DNA from: Hyphochytrium catenoides
Taxonomy: Eukaryota > Protista > Hyphochytriomycota
DNA: 64,000 nt
Assembly (NCBI GenBank): GCA_900088475.1
Contig: FLMG01001166.1
Coordinates: 64,363 to 128,362, forward strand
Reading direction: 5' to 3'
Shown: in pieces, positions 50,701-63,014 of the stretch
Layout: each line of letters begins with the position of its first letter
How positions within the stretch are numbered: position 1 is the stretch's first letter
Notes under the pieces: generated by a model
What the model was told of the DNA's origin: nothing
What the model saw: only the letters and a program-made list of their open reading frames with translations
Database searches by the model: none
Program-made: the position numbers and the translations under genes

Positions 50701-53700
50701 TCCTTACTATCGCTCGTATCTTTTCCAGCCCAGGCAAAGCTTTCGTTTCTGATACTGACAACAATATCCTCATCGACTGATTGTGGATGTCTACTTGAGT
50801 CATCCAAAAGTGAACGGGGGAGTTTCTCTCTTGCTTCCAGGAGGAATTTGCTCAATCTTTTGCCAGATACCATGGCCTCAAGTAGACTGTTGACAATAGC
50901 CGGGTACGAGTTGATAGGAAAAATCAGCATGTTGAGCAGCGCAATGGACGTGAAAGCCTTTGCAGCTGCACATGCAGAGAACTGTCAGTTATTGCCGAAA
51001 AGAAGAACGGTTAACCATTTATCCCTTGCTGGGACAAGCGTGTCAGTTCAATAAGGAAGTGGCAACCATCTAAGACAGCAAGAGTTCCATGGAACGACGC
51101 CAAGGATCGTCCTTAGGAGGGCAAAAAGGACGAGAAGTGGATCCTATAGGGTTAGAGAAGTAGAATGGAAAACAGGTAACCCAGCTTGTAACAATGAGGT
51201 CTGGGAGGGATGATGTGTAATCGAGGCGTCGTGCGAACAACTGTCCGTCTCCTGTACCTGTCAGTTTCTGTCCCGTGAGAACCACGACCGAGAACGTTGA
51301 AAGAGAGACGAGGACCGGAGTGGTTGCCCAGAGGTAAACACAGATGCAATCTAAGAATTTTCTCTTTCGTAACTCCTCCATCTCCTTTTTCCGCAGCTCA
51401 GCTACAGTCTCTGCAAATGTATCTTCCCATGCGTACATCTGAGTAAGAGGATTGGAAGCACGATACACAGGAAAAACCATCCTGATCAGCTAGGTCGGAG
51501 AGATAGCTAGGTCGGAGGGAAAGTTCGAAGGCTTCGGTCCAATGCAATCTTTAGTCACCTTTAACACTCGTATTCCTTGAAGCATTTCATTGCAGAGCTT
51601 CACTCTGTCGTCCCGATATCGGAGCATGTTCTACGTTAGAAAGAGAGAAACAGAGGCGAGCTGGTTGAATGGTAGTCGTCAGTGACCAGGCCTTGCCACT
51701 TCGCACCATCCTTCATTTCCTGTTTACCTGCGATGGCCCTATCACGTCCGCGTATACGTTCTAAGCTACCACCTCGCTACCCTACCACCTTGCTCAATCC
51801 CTCTTCCTCCTATGCTAAGCGCATTTTCTCCTTACCGTGGTGACGTTTTGTATCCTCGAGGTAACCCATGCATTAATGGGCACTACAAGCACAATTACGC
51901 CTACTCCGGCAAGAAAGGCGAGAGAAACTTGCTGATAAATGAGCAGAAAGATGACCATGACCTAAAAAGATAGCTGTGAGAACAGGAACTGAACTTCCCT
52001 TGTCCATCAAGCAAATCCTTCCACATTCCTTTTGCACTGTTTAAGGGGGAGGCCCCTGCCATGGGTCTTCTTTCAACCTATTTTGGCGCTGCCGGGCCAC
52101 TTATCAAGAATACTCTGGATCCTTAGCGGTAAGACTCACTAGCTCCTCTCTCTTTCCTCTCGGTTTTGTCATTTCTCTTGCTATCAATTCCTAGGCGCAT
52201 TGGCCCGTCTAGGGTCAAGCAGGCTGTTCCACGTACCTCAATAGGTATAAAGATGAGGCTCAACAGGTTGTCGGGCATAGAGTTGAAAAGACCCACGTCG
52301 ACTGACATCAAGTTCGTGAGCTGGCCAGAACTATATCTGGTGCGATCCACTGAAGAGATGGTTAGGATCTTTTGGTAGACCGAAGACGTGAGCGCCGAAT
52401 TCATGCGAAGCCCTGGTTGGCAGAGCAGAGGACAACATCTCAGTGGCCACCATAAGGACCAAGCAGCCAAACAGAGGAAGAGTCGAGGTGTTATCACTTA
52501 TAGAAAAACGTAATTGCCTTGTGGAAGCAGATATCACCTAGAGAAAATCGGAAAGGGGTGGTAGAGCCTCAACTCAATAACAGGAAGAGTAAATGACAAA
52601 CTCTTCAAGATTCGTCCCAGTTACCTAGCCTCATGAACCAGAAGCCGTACATATTGCCTAACGCCATTGAAGTTATTGAATGAGCAGTTATACCCGCTGC
52701 CAAGAGGAACCCTAACCACTGATGGGATTCGCCGAACGGGGTGTCTAGAAAATCCAGCAGGTGCTAGAATTATAAAGGGGGGAGCAAGCTGAATTAGACC
52801 AGGAGTTATGTGCCCACCACTAAAGCAAGAGAGAGTGGGGGGCTACTTTTGTGCAATGCAGTCCTTCGTCTTCTTCCGTCCAAGGCAAAAGACAAGGGTG
52901 CCTGACCCGAACTGAGGAACGGAATTTTTTTTTCTCTGTCTGATAATGGTCTCTCTAATCCCCCTGTATCGTCTTTGTGTCACTGAAGGCTTGTCTGCGG
53001 CAATTACCTTTAGCAGAACAGGCCCGAGAAGGCCAAATAGCCTGTTAACAAGTGTCCATCCAGCAGCGATGGCAATCTAGAGATGACAACGCAGCGGAAT
53101 GTGGGAAGTGGAGTATGTGAGGAGGTATAGCATTTGCCAATTGGTATGCAGCCATTTGACACCTGGGAGCCGTACAACCGTCCATACAGGCGATACAAAG
53201 ACTTAGAAGGCCTGTTTTTTTCCAATGCTAGCTCAACTTGAAAACGTCTCGAAGAGTTTGGGACGCTCTCAGAGGGGAGTAAGGGTGGAATGTCAGACTG
53301 AGATAGTTGTCGCAACTTCCCCATCTGGAATAAAGGCGTCATATAACTAAAAGTGAGCTTGCTGAGAAGGCTGGCGTGAAGGAAAGGGTGCTCCTGATGG
53401 GCAGGAAGAGGCTGTGTGGACAGTAGAGGCTCTACTTGGGAGGAGTCTCTCTCGGATGTGCTCCCGAGTAAATAGTTCGTGGGGAAGAGAGCGAGCACGC
53501 CCATAAGCCCGATTAAGAGGTGTGAGCAAAACTCTGTGTATATCACAGCGCTGTGATACTGTTTGGCTATGAGGCTTCCCAGCATTATCGCCTACCAGAA
53601 TTAAGGCAAAGAAGGCGGTATGACAGCAAAACAGGATGGGGCGGGTCAGATTGTTGTCGGACCAAGCAGAGAACAACATTGGCAACCACACGGGTTGGCA

Positions 53701-54596
53701 GCAGTAGTGGCTTTTCGAGAGTCCTTACTCTAGTCGAATCTCAATTACACAGCCTCTGCTAACTCACCCCTAACGTTCAACAATTTTCCCCTGCAACGTG
53801 TACGAAGGCCTTCCGTCTCTCTAGTCTTCTATACTAGTTGGTCCACTAATATCACCTATCCTCTGCGTTTACCTTGGGAAGAGAGGAAAAGGAGGCCAAG
53901 ATCCATCCTGTTCGCATGGGCCAGTCCTCCTTCTGCCCCTCTCTATAGGTCTGAAATGAGATCAGGAAGGCAAGACCCCAAGCGAAACAGGATAACATTA
54001 TATCCATGGCCTGCACCAACACGCACATAACGTAAAGTTTGGCTTAGTAACCACTGACAGACGCGTAAGAGCTCCTAACAGGGAGAGAGAAGACTTTGAA
54101 GAGACACTGGGAAGAGCCGGGTAGAGGTGATAGACAATGCAGCAAGATTGCGCCGCCAGGAACCTACCATAAGAAGAGCGACACGCTCGCTACTGAGCCA
54201 GTAATAGAAACAGAGACCAAGAGGAAAGAGAGAAAGGAGAGCACAAGTCCCGAGCTCTGCCTGCCACTTGACATTAGAGAAGCGGCTGAATGAAGGTTGC
54301 AAGGGCAGAGGGGCCATCTGTCTCTCGTCCTTCATTGCTTCGCCGTACCGCTTATCAAATGAGGTTCTGCGGAATGAGGAAGAGCTCACTCTCCTCGTTT
54401 GAGCTCGAGCAGCTAAGGCTGAGGAAAACCTAATAGCTTTCCTTTTCTTGGTGAGGAGAAACCATTGTACAGTGCTAAAGATCAGCACTAGAATACAAGA
54501 CGCTGCATCCCAAAATGCAGTCAGTGCTAGTGAGATAGCAACGAGTACGGCTGTGCGACAGCTCCATCCACAGCGGGCTCTCTTTACCCTTCCCAT
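44788..54596 (-). CDS. ABCC10: ABC transporter C family, ABCC10/MRP7-like (plant ABCC13-like), many exons
   Basis: TMD0/L0 ([15 protein letters not shown]), [18 protein letters not shown]1 [34 protein letters not shown]2 [31 protein letters not shown] at 44788; the start is uncertain. Confidence 0.88.
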
Positions 54597-55615
54597 CTCT
54601 GTCTCTTGCGTCTAAAGAACTCTTCTCAGCTTGCCACCATCTTTCCTGTTTCGCTCCTTCTTTCTCCACCTGTCTCTTAGCTTCTTAACTGCTGTCGCTT
54701 CTTTCGTCCTTGCCTCTTTGACGTCTCATCTCTCCCTTCCGTCCACCCTCACATCCCAAACTGGCCCACCATGCTGTGCGAAAGAGTAGCGTATCCCTAG
54801 TGGAGATGCTTCCTTTCATTCTTACCTTGCCCCGCCACCGTGACTGCGCAGCACGTCTCATTTGAAGTGAAGGCGGCATGCTCGTCGATGTCAAAGACAG
54901 AGAGGACGCAGTGCTGGCAATAGCTCTCCAAGAGTGATGAGCTACTATTCGCCTCTGACAACATAATGCCTTGAAAGGAGAGACGACAGCACCTGAATAA
55001 AGGTGAGCTGCCTTTTATCGTTTTCCTTGGACACTACGAATCAGCGTCAAGAAAGGAGTGAAGACTGCTACTCCTTGTCAGATTTTGGCCTCTGTCAGGA
55101 ACTTAAAATACACCTCAACAATCTCAGCTTTCGCGACTCTCCATATCGATTAGCTTCTCTCACATCTATAACGTTCCGCTTCCGCAGTCCGCAGCTCCTT
55201 TCATCGACACAGTCTTCATATCTGACAACTGATGAAGACCGAAGATGCAGACGGCACACTGCAGCAGCTCACAATGGATCTCAAGAATGCCGCAGATCTC
55301 AGAAAAATCCTTTCATCCCAGACCTCCCCTCGGATATAAATAGCCGGTACCGGCCATGATCCCCGCTATTCCAGACTTCTTGAGAGCTTTTATTGGGCCG
55401 TTTCTGGTCTTCGCAGGAGTGCAAGTTGCAGTGCTCGGAAGGCAGAGCTTCAGGTGGAGGATCAGAGACCGACTTCAACCATCAGCCATCAGAACAACAG
55501 ACCGGAGAGAAGAGACTCGACCGTAAAGGTAGACAAAAGGAGAAGGCCTGGGCATCCTGCCCTCCTGCTCTCAGGTCCTAAAGCAGGTCGAAGTGATAGG
55601 AGAAGAAGTTGGAGG

Positions 55616-58600
55616 ATGGAGGACGAGAGGATGATGAAAAACATGCCCAGCTCTAGGCCACTGATGAGGGTGGACCGCCTAGCCCATCAGCTTGATATAG
55701 GTCGTCGTAATGGTTGTAATGGAGCTTCAGAGCATCCAAGCATATCAACGGAGCTCATGAATGGTGGACATAGTGGGCTGGAAGGGTCAATTTTCGTCAG
55801 AGGTAAGGGGTTCAAGACACATCCTGTAACCAATGGTAAGGTCAGAGGTACTAATTCATACTCCTGCTTCTTTCTTTATCAGCTGCACCAAGAGGGCTGG
55901 AAACCGCGAGGGAGAGGCTTTTCACTCCCGACTGCCTGAAGTTTCTCAATGACCTGTATCATACCTTCAAGCACGAAATTGATGAGGTACGGGCCTTTGG
56001 CTAAGACGTAGGCATATTGATTATTTATTCCCTGGGATGTCGAGTCACACTAGAGCAGAGCCTAATGGTGGGGCTTCCAGTGCGGGACAGTCTGTGCTGG
56101 GAATGCGAAACATTGGTTCATAGGAGAAGCGCATCCATTGATGGCCTTCCGAAGCCTTTAGACTGTTGAAGAAAAGCTAGATTAGTTATTGGGGGCACGG
56201 GAAGGATAACGTACAAGAGATTCACATGAGTGCTACTACTTACGCTCGCGCAATAACATAGCTCTATCTTCGGAGGCGAAAGATCCAGCTTGACTTGGAA
56301 CTTAGGCTCTTGGCTGACCAAGAAAGACAGAAGACCTTCTTTTTGCCAGAAACGAAAAGCGTTAGAGATAGTTCCTGGACCATCGATCCTTTGCCTGGTC
56401 AGGTCCCAGTTCTGCTCTGTCTATCAAAGCTCTTCTCTTATTTCTTGCTTTCTCTGTTGAATACTCCAACCCGCCTCTTGGATAGTCCATCCTCAGTGAA
56501 GGGGCCTGCTGTCGGGTGTCACCCCTTAAAGCTCCTGCTTCACGAGCTTCTACGTCTTTGATTCTTGGCGAGGGAACTAAATGGTACAATTTGTCCCACA
56601 TTTGTCAGCTGCATTGCTGGACAGGAGGGTGGACATCGGAGATGTTGATCCTAGTGACGCCACACGACTCATTACTGCCCTAAACTCAAAAGCGCAGGTG
56701 AGAAACACAGACATATTAGGGAGGAAACATAGAAAGAACAGAGAGGACGAAAGTGCGGTCCTACTCATGTTCCCCGGTGCCCATAGGGCGTGCAAGTTGA
56801 CTTCGATGATGGCTTCTGCCCTTCCTGGCGTAATGTCATAGCAGGCTTGGACAACGTCATTCGAGCATCGAGGGGAAAGTTGCAGGTCGAGGAGAACGAG
56901 AACGGTACGGCCTACGTATTCGCTGGTAACAATGACACACCCTACGTCACGGAAGCTCGACCCCAGTTCTTTGTCCATTCTTTGGGCATCCTATCAACCC
57001 CCGCTCCCCATATTTCGCTTTCGCACTGGCGTTACTATAGTCGAGACAGACTAGTTGGAGTCCTTTCTATTGATCCTGCCTCAATCGGCAACTGCCTTGT
57101 TGATTGTTGAACTTTTCTGTCTCGGGATGCATCTCCATCTCGTGTCGTGATTGCTTGATGTTAACGAGTGCTCTTGACATGAATGCCAAATAGGAGGTCT
57201 CCTTAAGCAGAACGGGAATTGCGCAATTCTCATGACCCGTCCTAGAGCTTGGAATATGACTGAACAGGTGAAGCTTATTAGCAATTTGCTGGTCTATTGT
57301 TCCCATTTATCAATACTGTGTTCCTCTGTGTCTGAGACAACTCTCCATTTTCTTTCTCTGGCTCTCTCTCTCTCTCTCTTTTTCTCTCTCTCGCTCTCTC
57401 TGTCTCTCTTCCTGACGGGCGAGGTCTGTCCAGGGCCATCCGCGATCCTATCTATACTTTTTTGGTTTGTTGCCGCTCCTTAACTCTATCGAGCTGAGTT
57501 ATCGAGACGACTAGCTCTACGCTTTTGCTAATGCTTTGCACCTGCAGAACGTAGTAATAGCTGGAACTCCGCTTCCAGGTCCTCTGGTAGACTTCGGAGT
57601 ACATTTTTATCACAGGTTAGTGGGAGATAGAGGCCCAACCACGTTCGCAAGCCGTAGAGCCACATATACGGTCTATCCAGTTTGACAATGCGGCACACAG
57701 AGGGGGTGTATGACCAGATGAGATTATGAATACCAACTAGAGCATGCAGCTACTAAGGCGCACATGCAGTGCAAGAGACATGACCCAGGCAGGAATTGGG
57801 CCATTTTATTATCTATCAAAGGTAAGGGACACCGGTCTTTGATAAGCTTCTGGTTACGACCTAAAGAGTCTCGCGTGTATCATGTCCTCTTTTGACGCTT
57901 ATGCGCTTGCGCTAATTCACTCTTACTTTATTCCAATGTAAGATGGAGCACTACTTAGAAGCAAGGCTATGGAACTCGATCTTCTCTTGGTGCGAACAGC
58001 GCATTGGATTGCCTAAGGTAAGGGTTACCTCCAGGTTTGCAGCAAGAAAGAGGATGTTCAACACTGGCAGTTCGGGATAGCGTAAATGCCCGTACAGCAA
58101 TAGGAGCAATACTAGACATGCTTGCCAAGACTAGAAAAGGAAGTCAATGGGGCCACAGTTGAAGAGGCAGACAAGGGCGGCTGTAAAGAGAGAGATCGGC
58201 TTAGGAGACGACCTGTATTTGATTCTAAACTGGACGACCAAATGATGCATTTGCTAGGGAAGCACGAAAGCCTGTGTATTGGTGGAAAACGTGCTGCTGT
58301 CCTACCAGATGGACGAAGTGCTGTTTGAGCTTAAGGAGCACGCAATAGGTGAGGTCACAGCTGCTACACTATCCCTTCGACTTCTCATATCCTCAATTCA
58401 TGGTCCACTTCTTGCGTTATACTCCTAGTTGCACCATCGATCACCTGTCTGGAGAGGCCCTTGTGTGCGCCGGTATACCATTTCATACTCTATCTCTGCT
58501 ACACGTAACACCCCATAAAGCAATCCAGAAGGCCTTCCTTGTGTGTCTCTCTTTTAACGCACCCACAAGTTCCTACTAAACACTAAGGAACTCATAACAC

Positions 58601-60545
58601 CTAGGTCTAAACTTCGGCATATGGGACTACTCAGCGTCCTTCATAAGCAAATTCCGAAGCAGCAAGGACTTCCAGTTCCCGGATCGGACGAAGTATGTTA
58701 ACGTTAGCTGTGAATTTTTGAGGTACGCAATCCATTAGGGCTTATCAAACTATGGGCCAGGCAGAACTCTACATTTAAAGGATGGGTGTAAGTAAGGGGG
58801 CACAGGGAATCTGAACCCAAGGGATTGATTTTCCCTTTCTTAAGAATTGCTGTCTTTGTCCCTTCAAAGATAACGTTCTATTCTACCCTTGTCAGCTTCA
58901 TATGCCGCCTCTCACAAATATTCTATTCTCTACTCCGCTCTTTTTCTTTGTATTCTTCAATCCTGTTGCTGTAGGTCTCTCATGCAGCTCTTGATTTCCA
59001 CCTGCCACCAACGCAAGGCTATGGCTACTACCGGTATGGCAGCCCAAGTCACAGGGAAGCTTTTCGCTTGCTCTAGTCATCTTGCGAATCTGAAAAGCAA
59101 GGTTGCGAAGGTGGGAAGTCGAGAGGCTGAAGTTTATCAGATCGTGCTCTCCCGCCTATAGTCTTCCTCGTCCCAGTATATATTCCGTTTATTCATCTAT
59201 GGTCAGCGTTCGATGATGTCGTCTTCTACACCTTTTTGTCAATCCCTACTGATCCAATTTTTTCGGTACATCACACCTCCTTTCTGCCTAAGCTCATTAA
59301 ACTCGCCCCCCTTTAGGCTAAGGAGGTAGAAGCGGCTGAGGGTTCGGACGGTGCCCTTGTGTATGATACTGCCCTAGTTGATGTCGTCCAGGAGGTATGG
59401 ACGGTCTCGTATTGGAGCAGAGTTGCCTAAGCAATGAATCTTCCTTACCTACAAGCTTACTTTGTGGTCGGCTCTCCATAGTTGTGTCTTGATGCCTCTT
59501 GTGGTTTTCTCTTGCAAGAGTGAAGAGCGAAGACGGAGAAGTGTTTATGTAGAATTCTGCAAGAGTCTTAGTCAGTCTTCCTTTTAGGTCTTTAAGTCCT
59601 ACTCCCAGAAGAGAGGTAGCACCCTGAATCAGGTCACCTACATACCTTCACTGCCACCAAACACTGCGGAGAAAATACTCTCATTACCTGCAGGAGGAAT
59701 AACGTTGGAGGGATTGCACTTCAACATCACGATAGGGTACGTCCTGTATAGGTCTCTTGACTGGTCTTCGGGTTGCAGGGCCAACCACATGGCGCCTCAC
59801 GCACTCTTTGGTGGTACCCTCATCTAAATTCTTCGTTATGGCTCAACGCTTTATCTTCTGTCATCTTCCTTACCACACTTTGTGACTAAAGTCTCTCCTT
59901 TCATTTTTAATTGCTGTCTGTTAGGATCCTCTTTATCTTTTCTTGGCTTCAGGAGAAGGGCTCGTTCGTGTTTAATGGTGGGGCTGAGGACTCTGCGACA
60001 GCGGAAATCTCTCGATCTCAAGTCTGGCTTTGGCTGCGACAAGGTGCTCAGCTCCAGACAGGACAGCTTATCACAGTCAGGTACCTTCGCGGCCCGAAAA
60101 CGTTTTGACTGCAGCTACTCTTTGACATCCATAAGAAGTTACGTAGTGTTGTCTTGCATCTGGCATATTCCGTTGTCGTTAAGCTCCTTCCGTCCGAGAC
60201 TACGTAGACTTCGTCTTCAGAGTTGCCCGCTTCTCTATGTATTTATCCTCTTTCTGGAGCAGGGAGTTTACCCATTAAATCTGGTCTCCTAGACTCTAGT
60301 GATATGTTTGCTTATGGTTTGTTGTATCTGTTCCTTTTGTCTACTGTTCCCATAACGGCAGCTTAGTTGAGGAGCTATCGAGAACCATCGCGCTACGTCT
60401 CTCCGGTCAAGCTCCCTTTCAATTGAAACCTCTCATAGACGAGGCGCGGAGTCTCTTCTTGGTCCTTGTAACTGAGAGAGAGTTTCCTACCTTTATTACA
60501 TCATTCTTGTACAGCCAACGATGTGTCCAGCGACGATGGCTCTAG
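55616..60545 (+). CDS. MLS: Malate synthase (glyoxylate cycle), multi-exon, with N-terminal PTS2
   Basis: Spliced: LLDRRVDIGD, VQVDFDDG, MTRPRAWNM (catalytic Arg), GPFYYLSKMEHYLEARLW, KACVLVEN, GLNFGIWDY, AEDSATAEISRSQVW (catalytic Asp) and EFPTFITSFLY...RRWL*. Confidence 0.92.
57362..57409. repeat. (CT)n microsatellite in a malate synthase intron
   Basis: ctctctctctctctctctttttctctctctcgctctctctgtctctc read directly from the sequence. Confidence 0.85.
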
Positions 60546-61430
60546 TACAACTGGATATGAAGACGAAAGAGTGTATCGCCTCCCTTCGTACCCGTCATGT
60601 ACCTCACTCACGTCTGCAAGATTGCCTATTACGATCGTCCTTACCAGCTGAGAGAGCGCTGTAATTAGGGAAGGTCCAGCTGATGTGCAGTCTAGCCACC
60701 CAGAGCAGCTATCATCCTTGCTTGGGGTACCGGATGCACTAAACTTTGCTTCCTCAGCCCATAAATCACAAGCATGAAAAATCGTGGCTCTTTATCTCTT
60801 GAAGGGCGAGTGCGTATACAGCGGGATCGAATTGAAGGAAGGATTCTTGCTCCATAATGTATGGATTAGTCAAGGCAGCTGAGGCTGGCCAAAAAGAGAA
60901 GAAAGACCCAATGAATAGCAGAAGAACCCAAGGCCAGACGCAGGAAGAAGCTTGCTCTGGGTCACGCCTAAGATAAAAACCTAAGTCTTGTTAAGCATCT
61001 TCCTTCCTCTCTGCACTTCTTGCACCCCCTCTAATCGCCGTTCTTTTAAGTCTCTCTTCAGCATCTGTCTAACCCTTCCTCAACCAGCTCAGCGCGGCAC
61101 AACAAGTCTGGACTGGATTAGCTGAGCTGTAGTCTCGTCTCCCTCTTCTCTATAAACATTATGTTACCAAATTGATAACTTGTTGGTGGTCCGATCATAG
61201 AAGACTGACTGTAACAGCTTGACGCTCAGTACTCCCGGTTCACCCATTCCCCGCACACCATGCCTCAGACTCGCAGAGGTCTCAAGAACTTGGTTGAGGA
61301 CTAGTTAGTAATAGCCTGTTGGTAGCGACTCGCACGAGAAATGCTCCGTCAAAGTCTGAGCCTCACAAACGCGCTTCTGTGAGGAAGGATGGTCCTACTC
61401 GTTCTAATGGTATCTTGGCCTCTACTCCTC

Positions 61431-63014
61431 TCATCTTGCGGTTCGCACCATTCTGACGGTCTGTTCAGGTGTGGTCAGCGCGACCCCAGAAATCACGCCA
61501 AAACCGCCTTGTGCTGCGACTTTCTTTTCTATAGCGTCACTCACACTAGTGTCACTATCCCTCGTTTCTGCGGAGGTTGAAAATAGCATAGGTTGCAAAA
61601 GATGGAGGGGAGCTTGGTCCGAGTCCGCTCCAACTTCCGTCTCTAGGTCTTTCCCTGGTTCCGTTGAAATAGATTTACAAGCCCCCTGAGAAGGCTCAAC
61701 CTTCAGCCTCAGACCGCTTCCCACAGACGAGTATTCAAATATTTTGAGATTGAAAGGTGGGCAAGCAGTAAGTCTAGACTCGGTAGAACCACAGCCCTGC
61801 AACTTCTTATAGCGTGCCACAGGGGTAGTGTACTCGAAGGTTATGTCCTTCCACTCCTCGAAGTACGTCTCAAAGACGTCCTGCATTTTTGAGAGAGTCT
61901 CTATAAGAGCGACGATCCGCTCCCAATCGGGCTCGACAAATTCTACTAGGCACTGAAGGCGTGGCCCAGAACTTGTAAGCCCTGCCACTGCTGAGAAAGC
62001 GTTAAAGCAGCTGTTTCCTTGGTCCATCCACTGCCTGAGCACTTGCATCGCTCGCTCCAGGTGGCCGTCGAAGACTGAAGCTCCCTCTTCAGGTTCAGTT
62101 AAGATATGTCGCGAGATCTCAATCCCATGGGCGTAGGACAGGAGAGGCAGGACGATTGGCAGCAGGAGATTCTGATAGTAAGGGAAATTGTCAGATTGAA
62201 GTACGATCCTCTTTACGTGAGGTAAGTCCTTCTTCAGACGGATGAGGAGCGCTTCCAGCATAGAGATGATGCACTCCTCATCGTCGTTGCCTGTTTCTTT
62301 ATCGGCCAAATGGTCCAGGTAGAGCTTATTCGGGACAGCTACTGGGGGACGCCTTCCCTTCTTACTCTTATCTATAGACCAGTACGTGACCATCACAAAA
62401 TGCCAGCTGACGCTCTTTCTGCTGCTGGAAGAATTTGCAGTCTTTTTCTGTAAGTAGGGACGCTCAAACTCCATATAGTCCATAGCCACTAGGGCTTGGT
62501 CTGACTGGCCCGTCCTTTCGCAAGAAGCTCTCATTTCTTTCGCCACCTCCTCCACTGCCATTTGCTGGTTGATTACTCTTACCCGATGGCCCATGAAGAA
62601 TTTGACTTCCTCCAATGAGCCCTGGAGCACTGTAGCGGCAGAGGGATCCATATTGCCAGACGCAGAGATGAGGCTCTTGACCCTTTCGAAAAAGAGGAAT
62701 ACATCCCTACAAGAAGTGCAGACCTGCGGCGTGGCGTTGGAGCCTTGGCCTCTATCACTCTCGACCACAGGATGGGGTGCTAGCGCCGACCTGCGGGCAT
62801 GGAGCCAACAGCTGCTCTCCGCACTCTTTCTGACATTCGCATCAAAGCCATACTGCAAATAAGAAAGTACGTTTGTCATTCCCTCGAGTAGTAGCGCTCT
62901 AGTCTCGGAAGAGGTGTCAAGAGACCCTATTACGCGCTCAATCCGCTCAAAATCATCAGTGAGAGGAAAGTTCGTTGCCGACTGCAGCTTGTGGCCTTCG
63001 TCATTTGGCTCCAT
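61431..63014 (-). mobile_element. Sola3-like DDD transposase-derived ORF (527 aa, N-terminally short, no TIRs seen)
   Basis: C..H...AL...CTSC zinc motif, MGHRVRVINQQ, VAMDY...SVSWH, DDEECIISMLEALL..LKKDLPHVKRIVLQSDNFPYYQ and GIEISRHILTEPEEGASVFDGH. These match the recalled Sola3-type pattern D(W/Y).MK..P...GKRG.SWH / SDNA.CY / E.Q.GK...D. Confidence 0.65.

Noticed and set aside
51488-51517. 13-nt direct repeat agctaggtcggag, two copies
   Set aside because: Simple intronic slippage duplication; not an array.
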